Shown: positions 49,415 through 59,517 of the stretch, in pieces | How positions within the stretch are numbered: the stretch's first letter is position 1 | How the letters are laid out: each line of letters opens with the position of its first letter | Source: Candidatus Terraquivivens tengchongensis | Lineage (GTDB): Archaea; Thermoproteota; Nitrososphaeria_A; Caldarchaeales; Wolframiiraptoraceae | Length of the DNA: 64,000 bases | Direction: 5' to 3' | Assembly (NCBI GenBank): GCA_023261845.1 | Contig: JALNJZ010000001.1 | Span: 160,001-224,000, forward strand | Program-made: the position numbers and the translations under genes | The notes under the pieces: generated by a model | The model's input: only the letters and a program-made list of their open reading frames with translations | The model's database searches: none | Told to the model about the DNA's origin: nothing

Positions 49415-49458
49415 CTGCCAAAAATTTTAAATATCCTTAACTATATATTTGGAACTTT

Positions 49459-49914
49459 GTGGTAAATTATTGGATCCTTATAGCCAAGGATCATAATTAT
49501 GATGGGTCTATTGTTTCGGCGATAACTATCATTAAAAACAGGGTTGAACATAAGTTTTGGATACTTAATAAAAACACACCCGGAATTAAGAGACTTAAAC
49601 CAGGAGATAAAGCTGTCTTCTATGCTGCGAGTTTTGAAGGGAAAGGTTTCTGTGGTTGGGGAGAGCTGTCCACAGAGCCTCATCCGCTTACACCGGATCA
49701 AAGGTTTTATGCTTTTGGTAAACCTTCAATGTTATTCGATTTTGCCGTGGACTTCAAGATAGCCGAGTTCTGGCCAAAGCTAAAACCAATAGAAAAGCTC
49801 GCCTCCGTATTAAGTTTCCTTAAGGATAAATCTAACTATATAAGGTGTTTTAGAGGGAGCATAAGGGCCATAACTCAAGAGGATTTCGAGCACATCATTT
49901 CCGCGCAAGTGTAA
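49459..49914 (+). CDS. EVE domain-containing protein
   Basis: NYWI, FW, LKPGDKAVFY, LSFLKDK..IRAITQEDF. Confidence 0.75.
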   Translation: MVNYWILIAKDHNYDGSIVSAITIIKNRVEHKFWILNKNTPGIKRLKPGDKAVFYAASFEGKGFCGWGELSTEPHPLTPDQRFYAFGKPSMLFDFAVDFKIAEFWPKLKPIEKLASVLSFLKDKSNYIRCFRGSIRAITQEDFEHIISAQV

Positions 49915-50710
49915 CGGGGATGGGTGGTATCGGTATAGGTAATCTTTTATGCTCGCTTCTTTTTATCATCATAAGAATCTTCTTCGCTAGTTCTGTTTGT
50001 ATGTTAACTAATTTTGATGCGGTTTCAACGTCTATGCCCAAATCACACAGGTAATATAGAAGTAAATCGAGTTGCTCGTACTTTAAGCCTATCTCATCTT
50101 CATCTGTCTGACCTTTCCAAAGCCCAGCCGTTGGTGTCTTCCAAACTATACTTGACGGTATTCCTAGATGTTCTGCTAGTTGCCTTACCTGTGTTTTGTA
50201 CAGATTGCCAATCGGCAGACAGTCAACACCACCATCTCCGTATTTTGTGTAATATCCAATTAGGAGCTCACTCCTATTCCCCGTCCCAGCTACCAATCTA
50301 TTTAATATGTTTGCATGGTAATATAATATGGTCATCCTAACTCTGGGCTTTATGTTGCCCTTAGCCAAGACTGATGCCTGAGATCCGTGTTTGCATATAT
50401 TGGCCAAAGAATCTGAAATCCTCGTAATATCCATGATTTCATATTCTATACCTAGAATAGATGCAATACGTTCGGCATCTAATACGTCTTCTTGGGGCGT
50501 TGTATCAGATGGCATTAAAAGGCCCAAGACTTTTTTCCGTCCAACCGCTTCAACACAAAGTTTTACCACGACCGACGAGTCAACACCTCCGCTCAGACCC
50601 AAGACATAACCATCTGCTCCGGACTCCTCGATTAGTTTCCTTAGAAATTCAAGTATTATTGCTTTGGTCTCGTTTACATTAATCTTTAACACTTCAACAG
50701 CAGACATCAT
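49895..50710 (-). CDS. nadE: NH3-dependent NAD+ synthetase
   Basis: LSGGVDS, GTGNRSE, YTKYGDG, PTAGLW, SEHKR. Confidence 0.95.
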   Translation of the reverse strand: MMSAVEVLKINVNETKAIILEFLRKLIEESGADGYVLGLSGGVDSSVVVKLCVEAVGRKKVLGLLMPSDTTPQEDVLDAERIASILGIEYEIMDITRISDSLANICKHGSQASVLAKGNIKPRVRMTILYYHANILNRLVAGTGNRSELLIGYYTKYGDGGVDCLPIGNLYKTQVRQLAEHLGIPSSIVWKTPTAGLWKGQTDEDEIGLKYEQLDLLLYYLCDLGIDVETASKLVNIQTELAKKILMMIKRSEHKRLPIPIPPIPVTLARK

Positions 50711-50762
50711 GCTCGCCGATTATTGTATTATACGTACTATTAAAAACATTATTTTTAAATAA

Positions 50763-51755
50763 TTATGGTGAGTAGATTCCTGCCACCTTTGGGTAAGGCC
50801 TCGCTTCCCAAACAGTTCTCAAGCCACACACAAACCTAGTGAGTCTCTCCACACCTATTCCAAAGCCGGATGTAGGTGAGATGCCTTCTCGAAGCATTTC
50901 AAGATACCATCCATACTTAGCAGGATCCTCACCGTTCTCATGCATCCTTGCCACTACCTTTTCGTAAATGTATTCACGTTCAGCCCCAGAGACCGCCTCG
51001 CCGTAACCCTCAGGGTAAAGTAGGTCAAAATCCCTAAGTATCCCAGGTCTCGCAGGATCCTCCATATCATAGAAACCTCTTGAACCCTTTGGGTAATCCA
51101 TTACAAAGAATGGCGTAGGCATTAACTTTGATAACAGTTCCTCCTCTTCCCAAGGTATTTCGACGCCATATTTGATTGTATGCCCCTTCTTAGCGAGTAT
51201 TTCTAAAACTTCAGCGTAAGTCAGCCTAGGATAGGGCGGTTTGTATACCTTTAAATCCCTGCCCAGCTCCTCGAGTTGTCTGGAACAAGCATCTTTAACA
51301 TAACCGAGCGTATGTGCCAATAGTCTCTCTGCCGTCCTCATCGCACCATGATAATCAACATATGCTTCTTCAATGTCTACCTGAACAAACTCAACGAGGT
51401 GTCTACCGGTGTAAGCCGTCTCGAGTGGTTCGAGTCTAACATTGGGTGAGAAGAAGTATATCTTCCCCAGAGCGGTTGCCATCATCTGTTTGTAAAGTAT
51501 TGCGCTACTCATCACTTTGTACTCTCTACCGTAAAAGTCTATCGTAGCCTGCTTGGCACCCCTTATACCAGGATCTGTAACTGGACCTATTATTGGTGGT
51601 AGAAGTTCTGTGAAACCTTCAGAATCTAGATAATCCCTTATTCCTTTGAATATCTCAGCCTGTACCTTCAGCACAGTCTTCATTTTTTGAGTCCTCACGA
51701 TGAGGTAAGACTTTTGCAACATCTCTAGTTCAACCGAGGTTAGCTTCTCCATCAT
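50763..51755 (-). CDS. asnA: Archaeal asparagine synthetase A (AsnRS catalytic-domain paralog)
   Basis: Class II aaRS core without an anticodon domain: VTDPGIRG, SSAILYKQ, GEAVSGAERE, GFGIGVERL. Confidence 0.88.
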   Translation of the reverse strand: MMEKLTSVELEMLQKSYLIVRTQKMKTVLKVQAEIFKGIRDYLDSEGFTELLPPIIGPVTDPGIRGAKQATIDFYGREYKVMSSAILYKQMMATALGKIYFFSPNVRLEPLETAYTGRHLVEFVQVDIEEAYVDYHGAMRTAERLLAHTLGYVKDACSRQLEELGRDLKVYKPPYPRLTYAEVLEILAKKGHTIKYGVEIPWEEEELLSKLMPTPFFVMDYPKGSRGFYDMEDPARPGILRDFDLLYPEGYGEAVSGAEREYIYEKVVARMHENGEDPAKYGWYLEMLREGISPTSGFGIGVERLTRFVCGLRTVWEARPYPKVAGIYSP

Positions 51756-52172
51756 ATTACCCCTTGTTATTATGTCAATAAAATGGCTTATTATTAAGCA
51801 TTTATACAAAATACATATCATTTTGCCGTTTTTTTAAATTATAAACCATGTTTTTTCGTCAATTAGACGTATAAATGCCATGCATCCCACACTACCCTAG
51901 CGTAGGGCATGCGGCGGTCGCCAACTTTTCCAAAAGCATACAAAAACCCTTTTGTAGTTTGTAAAATTGAATAATTACTACTATTTTGGGTTACTACAAT
52001 ACACTAAGCCTAAATGTGTCGTTTTTCCACATACGTGTATTTCGAGTCCACACCACTATGGTTGTTATCGTGCTGGTTTGTGAAAAACGTGCCAAAAGAG
52101 GGCGAGTGCCAGCCTATTTTTACCCACTAAACATAAGGAATGCTTTAAATAGTATAACTTTGTAAAAAAGTC

Positions 52173-52439
52173 ATGGAAAGTATCAGGATAGCCCGGAAGG
52201 GTACGGCATTAAGGGATGAAGAGGGAAAACTGCTACTAGTTAACGAAGACAACGAAGCCTACATTGCTAACGAAATTGTTGTATACATTTGGAATGTATG
52301 CGATGGTAAAACGTTAGACGAACTTACCAAAGAGATTGCAGAAGCCATGAATAGGGATACGGGAGAAGTAAAGGAGGCGCTCTCAGAATTAATCGGTAAG
52401 CTTAAGGAGGCTAAGTTGGTAGAATATACCGCTCCTTAG
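52173..52439 (+). CDS. PqqD/RRE family protein
   Basis: AYIANEIVVYIWNVCDGKTLDEL..LKEAKLVE. Confidence 0.75.
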   Translation: MESIRIARKGTALRDEEGKLLLVNEDNEAYIANEIVVYIWNVCDGKTLDELTKEIAEAMNRDTGEVKEALSELIGKLKEAKLVEYTAP

Positions 52440-52593
52440 GTTTATCTATTAATTCTTAGAGTGTCCTCTTTTACGTATCCGCAAAACCAATGACGTAGGT
52501 AGTCGATTGGGTCAGCTGTTATTATAAACGTACGTTAATCAGGTAATTAAAGGTAAAATAGGCTATAAGTTCTTAAAGTTTTGGTTGCTCGGG

Positions 52594-53277
52594 ATGCCAC
52601 TAGCTGCTAAGATCTTCAGAGTTAAGGTCGATACATCGTTAGAGGAGTTAGCAGATAAATTAAGGGATTATAGGTCCGTTGAAATTCAGAAAGAAGGTGA
52701 AGAAGAGTTCGAACTACTCATAGAGGTGGGAGATCTCAAAATCGAGGGTGAACATTTATCGGGCATAATAAGCAAGGATAAGCTGATCTTTGTAAACCAA
52801 CGCGGCAAGCTTAAACCTGTACTGAAGACCGTAGACGCTAGAATAATTTTCAGCAAACTTAAGGATAAGTTACTACTTACTGTAGTTCAAGAAAAGCATT
52901 TTGCGAACGCAATAGCATCCATGCTTAGTCAACTACTATTCTTATCCTATAAGGCAATCGTAGAGGCAAACATTAAACCTGAAACGCTTCAGGAGTTCCA
53001 CGAAAGAAATCCTGAGGGGACAAAAGTCATATACTTTGATAATATAGACATACCCTCCGTGAACAAGCTTGCGCTTTATGGTGATGCGCTTAAGAACTCA
53101 CCCCTATACGAAGAGTATCTAGCGCATGGAAAGATATGGTATATAGTTTTTACAAGTAGAAGGAATGGTGCAGTAATGGGCCTGACACGAAACTGTGTGG
53201 TTACCTCATTTACTAAGATGCCAGAAGAAGATTTCGTGCAATGTATATTCGAAGAAGTTTACCCCCTTATCAGCTAG
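52594..53277 (+). CDS. Hypothetical protein
   Basis: About 227-aa ORF with natural composition. No recognised motif. Confidence 0.65.
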   Translation: MPLAAKIFRVKVDTSLEELADKLRDYRSVEIQKEGEEEFELLIEVGDLKIEGEHLSGIISKDKLIFVNQRGKLKPVLKTVDARIIFSKLKDKLLLTVVQEKHFANAIASMLSQLLFLSYKAIVEANIKPETLQEFHERNPEGTKVIYFDNIDIPSVNKLALYGDALKNSPLYEEYLAHGKIWYIVFTSRRNGAVMGLTRNCVVTSFTKMPEEDFVQCIFEEVYPLIS

Positions 53278-53465
53278 CTGATGAAACCTTTGCTCTCCGT
53301 ATCTATCTTTGATGTTTCTATAAGCTTCGTCCTTCCGGTCTTTGACTTTTTGATGACATTGAAGCCACAATATGGGCATCTCGTCTCAGAAACTTTTGAT
53401 AATTTGTCCTTTTCGAATACCCTTCTACACCAGACACATTCGTACAATATACGTTGCTCAGACAT
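53274..53465 (-). CDS. rpoP: DNA-directed RNA polymerase subunit P (Rpo12)
   Basis: YECVWCRR..RCPYCGFNVIKK zinc ribbon. Confidence 0.7.
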   Translation of the reverse strand: MSEQRILYECVWCRRVFEKDKLSKVSETRCPYCGFNVIKKSKTGRTKLIETSKIDTESKGFIS

Positions 53466-53586
53466 ACTCCATTGCCCGCGAAGTCTTAGAGGACAGGTTC
53501 TCGATAAATGTTTCTGAAACATAAAATCTTTCGGACATGTAAACTTATATAGGCTGTAGGGGATTGCGAGAAAAGGTTTCGTTTAA

Positions 53587-54279
53587 ATGGTGAGCCGTGG
53601 TTTGTCCAAAGAAACCTTAATCGTGGTTTGGGAAGGTACCGATGGTTCTGGGAAGACGAGTTTGATATGGGCTGTGAAAGATTTGCTCTTAAAAAAAGGC
53701 TACCGCGTAGGGACTTATAAGACACCGGGAGATACAAGAACGGGCAGGTTTGCTTTAGAATATGGAAACATGCAAGGGATTGATGGATTTACTAGAATGC
53801 TTCTATTCGCCGCTAACACCGCCGACGATTCTAAGCTTATACGAGCGCAAATAGATAACTTGAGACCGCATTTCGAGTTTATAGACAGATATTACTTATG
53901 TTCGATAGTGTATGGGGTTGCAATATTAAAAACCAAGCATAAAAAGACAGTGGGTGTTGAAGATGTTGAAACCCTTCTTAAGTTGTTTGAAAGGTTAGGT
54001 CAGGACATATTTGTTAGACCTGATGTATACGTACTTGTTGACGTAGAAGAAGAAGTGAGGTTAAGACGCGCCATATCAAAACACAGTAAGACACATTCGG
54101 CTGACCTATCCTATGAGCTTGATTCACGTTTGCAAGAGGAGGTGAGGGAAATCTATAAACTATTGATGGAAAGGGAAATCATAAAGGCCATTTGGGTTAA
54201 TAACGTAGAAAATAAACTTAAGGAGAACGCCATAATATTAGCAGATAAATTGGTAGAACTGCGTAGAAGTATGTTGTGA
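53587..54279 (+). CDS. tmk: Thymidylate kinase
   Basis: EGTDGSGKTS, LLFAAN, IDRYYLCS, PD. Confidence 0.85.
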   Translation: MVSRGLSKETLIVVWEGTDGSGKTSLIWAVKDLLLKKGYRVGTYKTPGDTRTGRFALEYGNMQGIDGFTRMLLFAANTADDSKLIRAQIDNLRPHFEFIDRYYLCSIVYGVAILKTKHKKTVGVEDVETLLKLFERLGQDIFVRPDVYVLVDVEEEVRLRRAISKHSKTHSADLSYELDSRLQEEVREIYKLLMEREIIKAIWVNNVENKLKENAIILADKLVELRRSML

Positions 54280-54282
54280 GGT

Positions 54283-54861
54283 ATGCGTATGAATTCACAA
54301 GGTTTAATCAGGTGCTTCATAGCAGTCGATGTATGCGTTCCTACAATCGTTGAAAAAATACTAGACATTCAATCTAAACTGGAGACGGTTGGTGCTGACA
54401 TTAAGTTCGTTGAACCACATAACCTTCACTTAACACTTTGGTTCTTAGGGGAGATAACGGAACAAAAGCTTCGACAAGTTATGGAAGCAGTAAAGAAAGT
54501 AAAATTTAGTAAGTTTAACATAAACCTGAAGGGCTTAGGATACTTTCCGGGAGGCGGAAGAGTTAATGTAATATGGGTAGGTGTGGAGGATCCTAGTGAT
54601 ACATTAAGGTCAATATACTTACAGCTTGTGAAGTTATTAGAGCCAATAGGCTTCAGAGCAGAAGAAAGGGAGTTTACACCGCATCTTACGATAGGCAGGG
54701 TTAAATCTGTAAAAGATAAGACAAGACTCCTATCATTAATCAAGGATGTAGCGCATTTGGATTTTGGTGTACAACCCGTGGATAGGTTATTCCTTAAAAG
54801 AAGCGTATTAACGCAAAAAGGCCCTATTTACAGTAACCTCTTAGCAGTCGAGGGTGAATGA
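54283..54861 (+). CDS. thpR: RNA 2',3'-cyclic phosphodiesterase (2H family)
   Basis: RCFIAV and two HLT motifs (LHLTL, PHLTIGR). Confidence 0.93.
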   Translation: MRMNSQGLIRCFIAVDVCVPTIVEKILDIQSKLETVGADIKFVEPHNLHLTLWFLGEITEQKLRQVMEAVKKVKFSKFNINLKGLGYFPGGGRVNVIWVGVEDPSDTLRSIYLQLVKLLEPIGFRAEEREFTPHLTIGRVKSVKDKTRLLSLIKDVAHLDFGVQPVDRLFLKRSVLTQKGPIYSNLLAVEGE

Positions 54862-54864
54862 GGT

Positions 54865-56286
54865 TTGAAAAATGTAGAAGAGGTTACGGCAGAGGTTTTA
54901 CTGAAGATAAGACCGTCGCTTGTAGAATCGGAGAAGCTTATGCAACTAGCTAATGAACTGCTGGAGGCAGTGAAGAAAATATCGAGTAATTATGAGGGAA
55001 TAATTGATGCCAGGCTCGAGGGGTCAGTGGCTAAAGGTACATGGATAAGGAGTAGAGAAGAAGTTGATATATTCGTTCAGTTCTCGAAAGATGTAGATAA
55101 AGCTAAGCTGGAGAAGACAATCCTAGAAGTTGGCAACACTGTTATTAAGAAGTTTGGTGGAAAAACGGAGGTCAGATACGCTGAACATCCGTACGTAGAA
55201 GGTATACTTAACAGTGTGAGAGTCAACATCGTCGCATGTTACAAAGTTGAGCCCGGCATGTGGTTAAGCGCCGTTGATAGAACACCTTACCATACTGAGT
55301 ACATTAAATCAAAACTTACTGGAACGCTCGTGGATGATGTTAGATTGATGAAGTCGTTCATGCTTGGTTGTGGCGTATATGGGGCTGAGTTGAGGGTAGG
55401 TGGTTTTAGTGGTTACCTTGCGGAAATTCTCACGATAAACTACGGCAGCTTCTCTAACACCATTAAAGCCGCTTCAAACTGGAGACCTCCTGTATATATA
55501 GACATTGAAGGGCACTATGCTGATAAAAGAGAGGCTTTGGAGGCTTTTGGTAGACCATCCATCCTAGTTATCGATCCTGTTGATAAAAAAAGAAATGTAG
55601 CTGCTGCCGTAACCGATACGAAGTTATCAGAATTTATTCTTGCATCGAAGTTGTTTTTTGATTCACCAACTGAGAAGTTCTTCTACATCCCCGGATGCGT
55701 TAATAAACGCATAACTATGACAGAAGTTAGAAGAATACTAAGGGGTAGATGCATACTAGGGCTAAGGTTAAAAGTCCAACAAAAACCACCGGACGTTCTT
55801 TGGGGTGAGATAAAACATACTTTGAAGGGAATATGTAGAGCTTTAGAGCACGAAGATTTTAAGGTATTTAGATATGATGCATGGTACGAAGGCAATATAT
55901 GCGTTATGCTCTTTGAACTTCAGGAATTAAATTTACCTACCTGTTATATCCACATCGGTCCACCGACACACCTTGACAATGCGTTAGAGTTCGTCAAAAA
56001 GCACTCCGATGCACAAGATACGGTTGCTGGTCCATGGGTCAGTGGTTCAAGACTTTATGTACTTAAATCAAGAGATAAGACTTCAGTTAAGGACATAATT
56101 AGAATGAGGCTAGCAAGAGGTGATATAAGTGTGTCGGCCGGACTTATGGAGGCTGTTAAGGGTGCGAAAATATACAAATCTGGTGAAGAACTGGCCAAGT
56201 TTGCCTCAAAGAACACCAGCTTTCGTCAGTTTCTCTTTGAATTCTTGGAGGCGAGGCCACCATTCTTAGCCAAGCACGTCCAATAA
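54865..56286 (+). CDS. cca: CCA-adding enzyme (class I)
   Basis: GSVAKGTW, YAEHPY, SAVDRTPYH, GFSGYL, DPVD. Confidence 0.93.
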   Translation: MKNVEEVTAEVLLKIRPSLVESEKLMQLANELLEAVKKISSNYEGIIDARLEGSVAKGTWIRSREEVDIFVQFSKDVDKAKLEKTILEVGNTVIKKFGGKTEVRYAEHPYVEGILNSVRVNIVACYKVEPGMWLSAVDRTPYHTEYIKSKLTGTLVDDVRLMKSFMLGCGVYGAELRVGGFSGYLAEILTINYGSFSNTIKAASNWRPPVYIDIEGHYADKREALEAFGRPSILVIDPVDKKRNVAAAVTDTKLSEFILASKLFFDSPTEKFFYIPGCVNKRITMTEVRRILRGRCILGLRLKVQQKPPDVLWGEIKHTLKGICRALEHEDFKVFRYDAWYEGNICVMLFELQELNLPTCYIHIGPPTHLDNALEFVKKHSDAQDTVAGPWVSGSRLYVLKSRDKTSVKDIIRMRLARGDISVSAGLMEAVKGAKIYKSGEELAKFASKNTSFRQFLFEFLEARPPFLAKHVQ

Positions 56287-56330
56287 GTCTAAAACAATTA
56301 CTTAAAGAGCACATACATTTTGCATCTATC

Positions 56331-57014
56331 TTGCATTATCCATCGTGTAATTTAGAAGAAAGTATGAGAAGGGTTAGAGAATTGGAGTCCTTAGGCATCG
56401 ATTCATTAATGACGACGGAAAACGGTTTGCTACTTATTGGAAAGGGCTTCAGGAGTGTGGTCCTCGTTGGTACGTTGGATAACAAGCTTGTTGCCATAAA
56501 GGTGTTGAGGAGTGATTCGCCTGTTAAGTCCATGGAACATGAGGCGAAAATGCTTGAGATCGCCAACAGCGTTAACGTAGGACCTCGCCTATTCTTTTAC
56601 ACAAAAGGTTTCATAATTATGGAATATATCCCTGGTTCTGAAATAAAATCGTGGATTTCTTCTTTAAGTTTTGAGTCTTCCGAAAAATTAAGGAAGGTCC
56701 TCAGGTCATGCTTCGAGGATTGCTTTAGACTTGACAGCATAAGTCTAGATCACGGTGAACTCTCTGATGCATCTAAGCATGTGATAATCAGCGAGGGGTT
56801 GAAACCCGTCATCGTAGATTTCAGTAATGCTAGCACCACCAGAAAGGTATCAAACGTTACGTCGTTCCTTAGCTATATAATGTATGGCAAGGTTGCACAA
56901 ACCATTAGGCAAGTTTTAGGGATAAGGATGCAGAACATTGATATTGTAAGAACATATAAGCAGCGTATTTCAGAGGAAAACTTCAACCAGTTGATGATAA
57001 GCCTCGGGTTATGA
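56331..57014 (+). CDS. Ser/Thr protein kinase-like (archaeal COG2112 type)
   Basis: IGKG, VAIK, MEYI, DHGELS, VDF. Lies next to cca. Confidence 0.8.
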   Translation: MHYPSCNLEESMRRVRELESLGIDSLMTTENGLLLIGKGFRSVVLVGTLDNKLVAIKVLRSDSPVKSMEHEAKMLEIANSVNVGPRLFFYTKGFIIMEYIPGSEIKSWISSLSFESSEKLRKVLRSCFEDCFRLDSISLDHGELSDASKHVIISEGLKPVIVDFSNASTTRKVSNVTSFLSYIMYGKVAQTIRQVLGIRMQNIDIVRTYKQRISEENFNQLMISLGL

Positions 57015-57046
57015 ACAACATTTATTAGCTACATTGTTGTAAAATT

Positions 57047-57415
57047 TTGGTGATGTCTGTTAAAAGTAGCGATAGTATAGGATGGGAAATCGTTTCTGAT
57101 GCTGTTAAAACTGAGATGAAGTGGCTGATAAGTAGGCACGATGGTGCTGAAAACTTCGAGATGAGGAAGTTTGTGATAAAGGCCGGAGGACGGATGCCAA
57201 AGCACATACATCCGGACATGGAGCACGAGCAGTATGTATTAAAGGGGAACTATTTGGTGGGCATAGGTGATACGACATACAGAGTCAAACCTGGAGATGT
57301 TATATTCATACCACCGAACGTGCCACACTGGTACTCGAACCCTGGACCTGAAGATGCTGAATTCATATGTGTCATACCCAAGCGTGAAACCATCAGGACA
57401 ATAAAGCTGGAATGA
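57047..57415 (+). CDS. Cupin domain protein
   Basis: PKHIH..EHEQYVLKG..PGD..IPPNVPHWY. Confidence 0.9.
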   Translation: MVMSVKSSDSIGWEIVSDAVKTEMKWLISRHDGAENFEMRKFVIKAGGRMPKHIHPDMEHEQYVLKGNYLVGIGDTTYRVKPGDVIFIPPNVPHWYSNPGPEDAEFICVIPKRETIRTIKLE

Positions 57416-57634
57416 AAAACGACGCTTTGTAATCGTTCAACGTCAGAATGACTCGCAGAAAAACACCTATGCAAACATGAAACCTTCAAACTTGTTACGT
57501 TATTACGTTCAATTATTATTGTAGTTTTTTAGTGGTTCAAGATCAAGTGTCAAAACTAATGAGGAAGTACCAAAGTCTCCAGCGTAAATGTTTTTGTCCT
57601 GATTAACGTCAAAGTATGGTATGGGTAGTGTTAT

Positions 57635-58363
57635 ATGTGCGTAAATGCATCAAAAGACGAAATAAGAAAAACCATATGGAAATTGCTTGAAGAGAAGGGT
57701 GTAGCGAGGTTTCCAAAGCCCATATTTGGAAGAATTCCAAACTTCGTTGGTTCAGAAGAAGCAGCACATGTATTATGTCGTACGTCCATATATAGAAAAG
57801 CCGAAGTCATAAAGGTGAATCCAGATTCGCCCCAGCTTGAGGTCAGACGTGCAACGCTTAGGGATGGAAAGATGCTTCTGATACCAACACCGAGATTAAG
57901 TGCAGGTTTTCTGTTACTTGACCCGAGGAGGATACCTAGCAGCAGTTTAGATGAGGCAGCCACTATAAAGGGCAGCTTTAAGTTTGGTAAGCCGGTACTA
58001 CCCTCGGAGATTCCTAACGTAGACCTAATTGTCTTGGGTTCGGTAGCTGTATCCCGGGAAGGTTGGAGACTTGGTAAAGGCGAAGGGTATGGTGAAATAG
58101 AATACGCTATATTGAGGGAGTTTAAGAAGGTTGATGATAACGTTCCTGTTGTAACAACTATTCATGAGCTCCAAATTGTCGAATGTGTACCGCATGACCG
58201 CTATGATGTGCCCGTTGATTACATAACGACCAGAAGCAGTTTCTATGAAGTTAAGCCACGTAAGGCAAAGCCCAGCGGCATATATTGGGAGTGCTTACCA
58301 GCCGAGAAAGTAAAAGAAATACCCATACTCCAACAACTTTTGAAAGATAAGAGGCGGGTTTGA
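57635..58363 (+). CDS. 5-formyltetrahydrofolate cyclo-ligase family protein
   Basis: GRIPNF, KVNPDSPQ, RLGKGEGY, DVPVD. Confidence 0.88.
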   Translation: MCVNASKDEIRKTIWKLLEEKGVARFPKPIFGRIPNFVGSEEAAHVLCRTSIYRKAEVIKVNPDSPQLEVRRATLRDGKMLLIPTPRLSAGFLLLDPRRIPSSSLDEAATIKGSFKFGKPVLPSEIPNVDLIVLGSVAVSREGWRLGKGEGYGEIEYAILREFKKVDDNVPVVTTIHELQIVECVPHDRYDVPVDYITTRSSFYEVKPRKAKPSGIYWECLPAEKVKEIPILQQLLKDKRRV

Positions 58364-58364
58364 T

Positions 58365-59351
58365 ATGGTAGAACTGATCTTGGCCGCGGATATCGGCGGT
58401 ACGGTGATAAGGGTAGCCATTGCTGATTTGCAAGGACATATACTTGAGAAGGCAAGCACACTCGTCCCAAAAGGTCCTGACGCTAGAGCAGTTCCTTTGA
58501 AGGTGCTCGAACTCTGTGATGCTTTATCTACTAAATACGGTGGCAGACGTTCGATATCTAAGGTATCCATAGCGGCAATAGGTCCTTTGGATATGACAAA
58601 AGGGGCGATAGTTCGACCCGCTAATATGCCATATGACGTTGTCCCTATAATGGACGTTCTTTGTAATTACTTTGATGCTACATTTATTCTTTTGAACGAT
58701 TGCAATGCAGCTGTGATAGCTGAAAAACGTGCTGGAGCTGGAAAGTATGTGGACGATGTTGTTTACATCACTATAAGCTCTGGGATTGGTGGCGGCGCAA
58801 TACTCGACGGTAAGCTAATTTTAGGAAAGGATGGAAATGCCGCCGAGATAGGACATACCGTTGTGGACATGAGCATTGGTATGGTGTGCGGTTGTGGAAA
58901 AAAGGGACATTGGGAGGCTTATTGTGGTGGAAACTCTATGCCTAAGTTCGCAAAGTTTCTTGCAGAGAATAAATACAATAACATAAATTCAACGCTTGCC
59001 CGTAGGTTGCGAGAGGGTACATACAACATTTCGGCTAAAGACATATTCGATTACGCGAGATGCGGCGATGAATTTGCGCTTATATTTATCGATACAATTT
59101 CTGAGATAAATGGAGCTGGTGTTGCAAACGTTGTGGATGCATTCGACCCGTCTATAATATCAATCGGCGGCAGCGTAGCCCTCAACAATGTTGACCTTGT
59201 GGTAGATAAGCTTAAGCCATTCGTGGAACAATACGCACTTAACCGTGTCCCAGAGATAGTTCCTACACCGTTGGGTCACGATGCACCCCTCATAGGAGCT
59301 ATATTAGCGGCGATTGACCCGCCTCCCAAATCAGTTTTTAAGACTCTTTAA
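58365..59351 (+). CDS. ROK family sugar kinase
   Basis: DIGGT, NDCNAA, GIGGG, EIGH, CGCG..GHWEAY. Confidence 0.9.
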   Translation: MVELILAADIGGTVIRVAIADLQGHILEKASTLVPKGPDARAVPLKVLELCDALSTKYGGRRSISKVSIAAIGPLDMTKGAIVRPANMPYDVVPIMDVLCNYFDATFILLNDCNAAVIAEKRAGAGKYVDDVVYITISSGIGGGAILDGKLILGKDGNAAEIGHTVVDMSIGMVCGCGKKGHWEAYCGGNSMPKFAKFLAENKYNNINSTLARRLREGTYNISAKDIFDYARCGDEFALIFIDTISEINGAGVANVVDAFDPSIISIGGSVALNNVDLVVDKLKPFVEQYALNRVPEIVPTPLGHDAPLIGAILAAIDPPPKSVFKTL

Positions 59352-59395
59352 GCCATAAAAAATTTGAAATATAGCTAAAAGGAACTATGCCACCA

Positions 59396-59499
59396 GGGGC
59401 CGTGGTCTAGCATGGTCTATGACTCCGCAGAATCACTGCGGGGTAGAACACTCCAGCCTGGGGCGCTGGAAATCCTGGGTTCGAATCCCAGCGGCCCCA
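59396..59499 (+). tRNA. tRNA-Pro(GGG) with a 28-nt D-arm intron (about 23/24)
   Basis: GTCTATG[ACTCCGCAGAATCACTGCGGGGTAGAAC]ACTCCAGCCTGGGGCGCTGG. BHB central helix TCTA/TAGA. Confidence 0.9.
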
Positions 59500-59517
59500 C
59501 TAACACGTTTGTGGTTC

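Noticed and set aside
49370-49460. Tn7-type insertion at the glmS 3' end
   Set aside because: No tns genes or transposon ends downstream.
51878-51912. IS200/IS605-like end hairpin (CCCTA-GCG-TAGGG)
   Set aside because: Too short, with no transposase or tnpB remnant recognisable nearby.
41551-59506. Integrated element or provirus bounded by the tRNA-Pro repeats
   Set aside because: Both copies are complete tRNA genes, the interior holds core genes (cdvBC, glmS, nadE, tmk, cca), and no integrase is present.
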